Positions 18,559 through 24,989 of a stretch of DNA of 32,000 nucleotides are shown here, in pieces. The position numbers and the translations under genes were made by a program. The stretch lies in contig NC_017262.1 of assembly GCF_000175255.2 (NCBI RefSeq), positions 660,001-692,000 of the forward strand, read 5' to 3'. This DNA comes from Zymomonas mobilis subsp. mobilis ATCC 10988. Its GTDB lineage: Bacteria > Pseudomonadota > Alphaproteobacteria > Sphingomonadales > Sphingomonadaceae. The notes under the pieces are model-generated. The model was not told the origin of the DNA. It saw only the letters and a program-made list of their open reading frames with translations, and ran no database searches. How positions within the stretch are numbered: position 1 is the stretch's first letter; every line of letters starts with the position of its first letter.

Positions 18559-19167
18559 CTAGGATTCGAGGTCTTCAATATTGATCTTGAATATTCGGGC
18601 GATCACATCGGCTGAATGCCCTGCCCTTGCCATAGCCGCAAAATGCCGCCTTTTAATTTTGATATCATCCCGATCCTCTTTTTCATAAAAAGGGCCCAGA
18701 TGGCGTTTTTTGGCATAATGCAAAGCCGTTTCCATGGCTGAATCGTTATTTTCTGTCAGACTATCAATAATCTTTTCATCAATACCAGCTGCTTTTAAAG
18801 CCGATTTCACCCTAATTTTGCCATATCCTCGTCTTTTAAAGGCATTATATTTCATTTCTGCAAATAGGGGGTCATTGATATAGCCAAGATTGATACAATA
18901 AGAAATAATCGCATAAATATCAGGGGGTGCGGTGCCAATCCACCCAGACTGATTTATTTTTCGTTTCAAATACTCTGACAATTTTTTCGAAGATGTTGCA
19001 TAACGTCCAACATAATATAAAGCGAGTTGACGTAATGAATCCTCATCAAGAGGTTTGCGTTGCTTGTCTTTTAAATGGTGATGCACGACTTGCGTCTCTG
19101 TCATAGTTTGATAAAGAATTGGGCAGTTATTATCCCGGGATATGGGCGGGATATTTTCTGACAGCAT
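18559..19167 (-). CDS. recX: RecX-family regulatory protein
   Basis: LRQLALYYVGRYATSSKKLSEYLKRK plus repeated helical units (FKRRGYGKIRVKSALKAAGI, ALHYAKKRHLG) fit the three-repeat RecX fold. An alternative start is ATG 19104 (MTETQ). That would leave a more realistic 98-bp divergent promoter region. Confidence 0.7.
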   Translation of the reverse strand: MLSENIPPISRDNNCPILYQTMTETQVVHHHLKDKQRKPLDEDSLRQLALYYVGRYATSSKKLSEYLKRKINQSGWIGTAPPDIYAIISYCINLGYINDPLFAEMKYNAFKRRGYGKIRVKSALKAAGIDEKIIDSLTENNDSAMETALHYAKKRHLGPFYEKEDRDDIKIKRRHFAAMARAGHSADVIARIFKINIEDLES

Positions 19168-19202
19168 ACTCTAAAAAGGTATGCCCCGGGGAGGAATAAA
19201 CG

Positions 19203-20972
19203 TTGTCGACTTTGGTCGGAAAGAAAAATGCTGTGGGCGATCAAGAACCAGTTTTAAAACCTACGCCTACCAATGATGATCAGGTAGCACGCCGCCGCTG
19301 TGATTTTGATACGATGGGCGAAGCCTTGGATTACGCGGCGTTATCCAAAAAAGGCATGAATTTTCATGATGCGCGTGGGTCACTTATCAGACCCTATCCC
19401 TTCAGTGAATTGCGTGCCGATGCTCTAAAGATGGCTTCAAGGCTGATTGCACGGGGGATGAAACCCGGTGACAGATTGGCTTTAATTGCAGAAACCTGTC
19501 CAGAATTTGCGGCTTTGTTTTTTGGGGCGATTTATGCCGGTGTTTGGCCGGTGCCGCTTCCTTTACCGACATCTTTTGGCGGGAAAGAAGCCTATATCGA
19601 CCAATTGGCGATCCAGCTTAAAAGCAGTGATCCCAGCCTGATTGCCTATCCAAAGGAATTATCGGAATTTGCCGAAAAAGCCGCTGCCAAAAATGGCGTG
19701 AAGGCGATGGCATGGGATGATCTTCTACTCGAAGATGCCCCCGTTATTGAATTACCCAAGGCGAAGAAAGACGATATCGCCTATCTTCAATATTCCAGTG
19801 GTTCCACGCGTTTCCCGCATGGCGTTATTATTACCCATCAAGCGTTGCTCAGCAATTTGAACGCGCATGGCTTGGGCATGAATATGCGGAATAATGACCG
19901 CTGTATTTCATGGCTGCCTTGGTATCATGATATGGGTCTGGTCGGCTGTATGCTGTCGATCATAGCCAATCAGATTTCAACCGATTATCTAAAAACCAAT
20001 GACTTTGCCCGCCGACCGCTGGCATGGCTTGATTTAATCACGCGGAATGAAGGCTATTCGATCAGCTATTCTCCGACTTTTGGCTATGATATTTGCGCGC
20101 GCCGCATGTCCAGCCAAACGAAAGCCGCTGACCGCTTTGACCTGTCCCGTTGGCGGGTTGCGGGTAATGGCGCGGATATGATCCGGCCTGATGTTATGCA
20201 GAAATTTGTTGATGCCTTCTCCGAAGCAGGCTTCAACCCCAATGCCTTTATGCCTTCCTATGGTCTGGCCGAAGCAACCCTTGCGGTTTCCTTGATGCCA
20301 TTGAACGAAGGTATTCGGGTCGAAATGGTCAAGGAAAGCCTTCTTTCCGGTAGCCAAGCAGATGAAAACCAACCGGAAAGATATCGTTCGATTGTCAATT
20401 GCGGCAAACCCGTCAAAGACACGACGATTTCTATCCGTAATGCCGATGGCAAAGATTTACCGGAACGCGAAGTTGGCCAAGTCTGGGTCAAAGGCCCCGG
20501 CATCATGAGCGGCTATTTTCGTGACAAAGAATCAACCGATGCCTGCATGGTCGATGGTTGGCTTGATACGGGCGATATGGGCTATATGTCCGACGGCTAT
20601 ATTTATATTGTTGGCCGGGCCAAAGATATGATCCTCGTCAATGGTTGTAACTATTGGCCACAGGATATCGAATGGGCCGTTGAACAGCTCCCCGGTTTCA
20701 AAGGGGGCGATATCGCCGCTTTTGCGATCACGACCGAATCTGGCGAAGAAATGCCAGCGGTTTTGGTGCAATGCCGGATGTCCGATTCCGAAGAAAGAAA
20801 GAAACTGCACGCTGAGATCAATCAGAAAGTGCGGACGATGATCGGGATGCCCTGCATGGTGGCCTTGGTGCCACCGCGTTCATTGCCTCGTACCAGCTCC
20901 GGTAAATTAAGCCGTGTGAAAGCACGGAATATGTATCTGACCGGTGCAATCAAGGCCTATGATCTGGACTAA
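19203..20972 (+). CDS. Fatty acyl-AMP ligase (FAAL, FadD32-like adenylate-forming enzyme)
   Basis: TTG start with GGAGGA 7 nt upstream. YLQYSSGSTRFPHGV, WLPWYHDMGLVG and WLDTGDMGYMSDGYIYIVGRAKDMILVNGCNYWPQDIE match FAAL-type blocks rather than CoA-ligase blocks. Confidence 0.8.
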   Translation: MSTLVGKKNAVGDQEPVLKPTPTNDDQVARRRCDFDTMGEALDYAALSKKGMNFHDARGSLIRPYPFSELRADALKMASRLIARGMKPGDRLALIAETCPEFAALFFGAIYAGVWPVPLPLPTSFGGKEAYIDQLAIQLKSSDPSLIAYPKELSEFAEKAAAKNGVKAMAWDDLLLEDAPVIELPKAKKDDIAYLQYSSGSTRFPHGVIITHQALLSNLNAHGLGMNMRNNDRCISWLPWYHDMGLVGCMLSIIANQISTDYLKTNDFARRPLAWLDLITRNEGYSISYSPTFGYDICARRMSSQTKAADRFDLSRWRVAGNGADMIRPDVMQKFVDAFSEAGFNPNAFMPSYGLAEATLAVSLMPLNEGIRVEMVKESLLSGSQADENQPERYRSIVNCGKPVKDTTISIRNADGKDLPEREVGQVWVKGPGIMSGYFRDKESTDACMVDGWLDTGDMGYMSDGYIYIVGRAKDMILVNGCNYWPQDIEWAVEQLPGFKGGDIAAFAITTESGEEMPAVLVQCRMSDSEERKKLHAEINQKVRTMIGMPCMVALVPPRSLPRTSSGKLSRVKARNMYLTGAIKAYDLD

Positions 20973-20985
20973 CCGTTTTTGAAAT

Positions 20986-21019
20986 ATATCCTTGCCGCTT
21001 TTTCTTCAGGCAAGGATAT
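20986..21019 (+). terminator. Hairpin terminator after the FAAL gene
   Basis: ATATCCTTGCC (20986-20996) pairs with GGCAAGGATAT (21009-21019), an 11-bp perfect stem. The following T-tract is weak (CTTCTC). Confidence 0.55.
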
Positions 21020-21070
21020 CTTCTCATAATTTGGCTTTCTCATCCTTTTCTTCTTCCTTACAAGGAAAGG

Positions 21071-23293
21071 ATGATGAAACGCCTTTTTTCTCTTCTCCCC
21101 AAAATAGATACTGTCCGAAATAACCGGAATTTCGGAAGAAAAAAGACCAAGGCTTGGCTAGCCTCTCTACTCCTTCCTATCAGCCTTGCAGTTTCATCAC
21201 CCTACCCGCTCTGGGCATCATCTGCTCTTTCCAAAACACCCGTTTCCTCTTCCCAAGAGACGCTCTTAGCCGCTTTAGAAAAATGGATGGCTTTACCTCG
21301 GGATAGCCAACTGACGGCCGCTCATCATCATAAAGAATGGGCTTTTGTTCGGTACCAAGCCGGACAACATCAGCTCCTCTTAACCCGTCCCGATCCCCAA
21401 GCCGACAGCTTGCCGCTAGATTGTATTCTGGCACATTATAAGGAAGATGACGGGCAAGCGCTCTATAACCTCACCTTCTCGCCGGATGACAGCCAACTGG
21501 CTTATGTTCGCGGCGGTGATCCTGAATTTCCAGATGCCCCACCACCGAACCCGACTTTCCAACCGCAAGCCCCCGAAGCCACAATTCATCTGATTGATCT
21601 GACTTCAGCCTCGGATAACATTATCGCCTCCGGCTATAATCCGGTCTTTTCGCCTGATGGCCAATCTCTCGTCTATATCTCGAAAAACAGCTTGTGGCTG
21701 TATAAACGGGACAGCCAAACACCTCCTCAAAAACTTTTTACGATTAAAGGGCATATTCGCGATCTTAGCTGGTCACCTAATGGTCAATCACTGGCTTTTG
21801 TCGATGATCGCATCGACCACGGCTTTATTGCCTTATATCGCATAACAAGCGGCCAATTAGAGTATTTACCCGCCGCTTTTGGTAATGACCTTTTTCCGGT
21901 TTTTTCGCCGGACAGCCAAAAACTCGCTTTTATTCGTGCCTATGAACCGCCTCAGTCCATATCTTCCCCTGACCGTGAAAAGGGTTGGTGGTCGCTGATT
22001 ATTGCAGATATAAACGATCTCACCCTTACTGAAAAATGGCATGCTCCCAAAGGCCAAGGCGAGGCCTATGCCGGAACCCGTCATCAAAATCTTTATTGGA
22101 CAGAGCAAAACCAGATTTTATTCCCTTGGGAGCAAGATGGCTGGCTCCATATCTACAGCCTCAATCCCGATAACGGGAAAGTCTCGCCTTTAATGCAGGG
22201 TGCTTTTGAGGTAGAACAATTCATCGTCGATAAGGCCAAAAACAGGCTCATCTATAGCGCTAATCGTGATAACCGCGATCATTACAGCCTTTGGGCGCGC
22301 TCTCTATCTTCAGAAAAAACGGAAAGATTGGGCAGTCAAGAGTCTCTCGCTTTTCAACCCGCGATAGCCAACGGAGCCTTGGCGGCTTTAATCAGCAATA
22401 ACTTCCAACTTCCCCATCCGGCGCTTGTGACCGAAAATAGCTTTCATAGCCTGACCTCGGAAAAGGCGTGGGATATCGCCCGCCAAAACTTTACACCCAT
22501 TGAAAGCGTTCATTTTCTGGCCTCTGATGGGAAAGAGAGTTACGGCCAATTTTTTGCAGCACGCCATAACCGCAATAAACCGCATCCGACCCTCCTCTTT
22601 CTGCATGGCGGGCCCCGACGGCAAATGCTGGACGGTTTCCCAGCGCAAAATTATTACCAGAATGCTTATATCTTTAATCAATTCCTCGCCAATAACGGCT
22701 ATAATGTCCTAAGTGTCAATTATCGCGGCGGCAGCGGCTATGGCCACGACTATCGCGAAGCCCCTGAAACTGGGCGGCAAGGTGCCAGTGAATATCGCGA
22801 CATTATGGGGGCAGTTCGCTACCTCCAAAACCGCCCTGATGTTGATAAGGCGCATATCGCGCTATGGGGTGGCAGTTGGGGCGGTTATCTGACCGCTTTG
22901 GCTCTGGCTCGAAACAGCGATATTTTTAAAGCCGGTGTCGATTTCCATGGGGTGCATAATATGCTGCGCCCCGCTCCGGCTAACCTCTCGCCCGATGCCC
23001 AAAGAGAATCTCAAAAGCTAATGTGGCAATCGTCACCCTTGGCTAATCTCGATCAATGGCGCGCGCCGGTTTTGGTCATTCACGGGGATGACGATCACAA
23101 TGTGCCCTTCACACAGTCAGAAGAACTGACCCATTTGTTACAAAATCGCGGGATTCCGCATGAAGAACTGGCCTTCCCGAATGAAAGGCATGGCTTCCTT
23201 CTTCATCGCCATTGGTTGACCGCATATAACAAAAGTTTTCTTTTTATATCCCGCTATCTATATGAAAATGCAGGAAAAAATGTTAATGAGTAA
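21071..23293 (+). CDS. S9-family serine peptidase (prolyl oligopeptidase / acylaminoacyl-peptidase type) with N-terminal TolB-like beta-propeller
   Basis: 740 aa with a signal-like N-terminus. Propeller-type repeats are present: FSPDDSQLAY, FSPDGQSLVY, WSPNGQSLAF, FSPDSQKLAF. The catalytic triad contexts are WGGSWGGY (Ser), HGDDDHNVP (Asp) and ERHGF (His). Confidence 0.88.
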   Translation: MMKRLFSLLPKIDTVRNNRNFGRKKTKAWLASLLLPISLAVSSPYPLWASSALSKTPVSSSQETLLAALEKWMALPRDSQLTAAHHHKEWAFVRYQAGQHQLLLTRPDPQADSLPLDCILAHYKEDDGQALYNLTFSPDDSQLAYVRGGDPEFPDAPPPNPTFQPQAPEATIHLIDLTSASDNIIASGYNPVFSPDGQSLVYISKNSLWLYKRDSQTPPQKLFTIKGHIRDLSWSPNGQSLAFVDDRIDHGFIALYRITSGQLEYLPAAFGNDLFPVFSPDSQKLAFIRAYEPPQSISSPDREKGWWSLIIADINDLTLTEKWHAPKGQGEAYAGTRHQNLYWTEQNQILFPWEQDGWLHIYSLNPDNGKVSPLMQGAFEVEQFIVDKAKNRLIYSANRDNRDHYSLWARSLSSEKTERLGSQESLAFQPAIANGALAALISNNFQLPHPALVTENSFHSLTSEKAWDIARQNFTPIESVHFLASDGKESYGQFFAARHNRNKPHPTLLFLHGGPRRQMLDGFPAQNYYQNAYIFNQFLANNGYNVLSVNYRGGSGYGHDYREAPETGRQGASEYRDIMGAVRYLQNRPDVDKAHIALWGGSWGGYLTALALARNSDIFKAGVDFHGVHNMLRPAPANLSPDAQRESQKLMWQSSPLANLDQWRAPVLVIHGDDDHNVPFTQSEELTHLLQNRGIPHEELAFPNERHGFLLHRHWLTAYNKSFLFISRYLYENAGKNVNE

Positions 23294-23299
23294 CGGTCT

Positions 23300-23491
23300 T
23301 CAAGGTAAGTCGCCGTAAAGCGCATAACTATAGAAGAGGTCAGCCCGCATAATAATTTCAACAGAATCGCCGCCAAGATCAATAGAACGATCGAGCCAAT
23401 AGCTTCTATGCTCAACAAGTTGATTTTTTAAAGTGCGGTCGGCTTCAAGACGAAGGTTTTCTGCATAGTTAACTTCTTTTTTATTTTCCAT
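23300..23491 (-). CDS. Hypothetical small acidic protein (63 aa)
   Basis: The only ORF of 60 aa or more in the 334-bp gap after the peptidase gene. It is divergent from the XRE regulator. The Shine-Dalgarno sequence is weak (TAGGG) and I recognise no family. Confidence 0.4.
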   Translation of the reverse strand: MENKKEVNYAENLRLEADRTLKNQLVEHRSYWLDRSIDLGGDSVEIIMRADLFYSYALYGDLP

Positions 23492-23666
23492 GCCGCCCTA
23501 CTCATTAAAAAATTATTATCTCACTCAATATGAAATTTTAGAATAAATCTGGGAAAATTTCTTTTTGTTTGCGAGCATTGTCAGGAAGTATTTGTATTAA
23601 ATTTTAACACATAGAACAACCAATATTTTGCAAAGACTTGGTCTCAAATTTTCGCATTGTGCATTC

Positions 23667-24134
23667 ATGCCCTCCCCATGTAACAAACTGAAATTATTGC
23701 GAAAAGCGGCCAAGCCTCCGATCACGATCAGAGCCTTAGCTGAAGCCATAGACATGCCTGCTTCCAGCTATGCCTTTTATGAAGATATGAATCGTTTCAA
23801 GAAAAAATATCTGCCCTTGGAATTGACCCGAAAAATAGCCGCCGTTTTAATGAATCACCAAATCAACCCAGAAGACATTTTGGCACTTTCCGGCCTGACC
23901 AGTTATGAATTAAAAACCGAAATCTCGGCCATCCGGCAAATCATGCCCCCCATACAATTTGTAAAAATGAATATGGCGTTACCCAATGAAACGCTGCTGG
24001 CCGAAATGTTTGAAGACTTGCTGGCCGATCTTGACCTAAATGCCCCCAAAAAGGAAATCGCCTATAATCTGGCACAACATCTGCCAGAAGCCCTTTCCGA
24101 GACCGCCCGAAAAATCCCTGATAAAATCCACTAA
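23667..24134 (+). CDS. XRE/Cro-CI-family helix-turn-helix transcriptional regulator with uncharacterised C-terminal half
   Basis: NKLKLLRKAAKPPITIRALAEAIDMPASSYAFYED fits the HTH_XRE pattern (helix, turn, recognition helix). I could not assign the C-terminal ~90 aa. I prefer ATG 23667; the ORF track starts at TTG 23628. Confidence 0.65.
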   Translation: MPSPCNKLKLLRKAAKPPITIRALAEAIDMPASSYAFYEDMNRFKKKYLPLELTRKIAAVLMNHQINPEDILALSGLTSYELKTEISAIRQIMPPIQFVKMNMALPNETLLAEMFEDLLADLDLNAPKKEIAYNLAQHLPEALSETARKIPDKIH

Positions 24135-24200
24135 TCAGGATGAATTTCTTTTCAAAATCTATAAAGGGGGAATGACCAAGCATAAAAAGGGGCATCATCG

Positions 24201-24524
24201 ATGGCATGGCTGGTCATTACTATTGCAGGTTTATTTGAAGTTATCTGGGCATATTTCATGAAACAATCCCAAGGCTTCACCCGTATCATTCCAACTATCA
24301 TCATGTTTGTTACGATGTTTACCAGCTTCGGCTTGCTATCATGGTCAATGAAATTTCTGCCTTTGGGAAGCGCTTATGCCGTCTGGACAGGTATTGGCAT
24401 TATTGGCAGCTTTATCGTCGGCATTGTTTTTCTGAAAGAACCCGCAAATTTTATCCGTATTCTTGCTGTCTCACTTATCATCGCAGGGATCATTCTCATG
24501 AAACTTTCAAACAAGAATGTCTGA
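24201..24524 (+). CDS. sugE: SMR-family small multidrug resistance protein, SugE/Gdx subtype (guanidinium / quaternary ammonium exporter)
   Basis: 107 aa with four TM helices. MAWLVITIAGLFEVIWAYFMK carries the conserved membrane Glu, and LGSAYAVWTGIG is present. This is a typical SugE/Gdx signature. Confidence 0.9.
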   Translation: MAWLVITIAGLFEVIWAYFMKQSQGFTRIIPTIIMFVTMFTSFGLLSWSMKFLPLGSAYAVWTGIGIIGSFIVGIVFLKEPANFIRILAVSLIIAGIILMKLSNKNV

Positions 24525-24647
24525 ATAGAGACTCCCCTATTTTCTAAAATCGGGCATTTTTTTGATTCCTGTCAGAAAATTTCGCCTTTCAATATAAAAA
24601 TCAGGGATGACTACAACTGAATATCTCGAAAGATATGGGCTTCAATA

Positions 24648-24676
24648 TTGACGATATGATGATGAAACTATAGAGA
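24648..24676 (+). promoter_or_regulatory. Putative sigma70-type promoter of tRNA-Arg
   Basis: TTGACG (24648-24653), a 17-nt spacer, then TAGAGA (24671-24676), 10 nt before the mature tRNA 5' end. The tRNA-Val promoter has the same architecture. Confidence 0.35.
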
Positions 24677-24686
24677 AATCACCCAT

Positions 24687-24763
24687 GCCCCCGTAGCTCA
24701 GTAGGATAGAGCGACGGTTTCCTAAACCGCAGGCCAGAGGTTCGAATCCCCTCGGGGGCACCA
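24687..24763 (+). tRNA. tRNA-Arg (anticodon CCT), CCA encoded
   Basis: Manual cloverleaf: acceptor GCCCCCG/CGGGGGC, D arm GCTC-AGTAGGATA-GAGC, anticodon loop TTCCTAA, T loop TTCGAAT, discriminator A plus CCA. There are two A-C mispairs (27:43 and 51:63). Confidence 0.85.
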
Positions 24764-24879
24764 TCTTTTGATAAAAGCCTTTAATTTTCTCAAAAGTCTT
24801 TCCATTTAAAATTATTCTTTTTTGAACGCAGAATATCCCCCTTTTCTTTTCTTCAAAACCGACCATCCTTTTTTCTTTG

Positions 24880-24908
24880 TTGCCTATAAAGACAATATGT
24901 CGGATAAT
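24880..24908 (+). promoter_or_regulatory. Putative sigma70-type promoter of the large helicase gene
   Basis: TTGCCT (24880-24885), a 17-nt spacer, then GATAAT (24903-24908). This predicts a ~75-nt leader before GTG 24990. Confidence 0.4.
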
Positions 24909-24989
24909 TCGATCTCTTCTCAAGAATAGCTTTGAAATAAATCACTTTCTTTACTGAAACAAAAACGAATAAAAACGGATAGTCTTGGC

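Noticed and set aside
24135-24200. Possible guanidine riboswitch in the sugE leader
   Set aside because: I looked for mini-ykkC ACGR-loop hairpin pairs and for a longer ykkC-like fold and found neither. This is recorded as an absence. An Infernal scan is needed for certainty.
24642-24923. 93-aa minus-strand ORF
   Set aside because: It overlaps the whole tRNA-Arg gene antisense and continues into the pyrimidine-rich helicase promoter region. It is an artefact.
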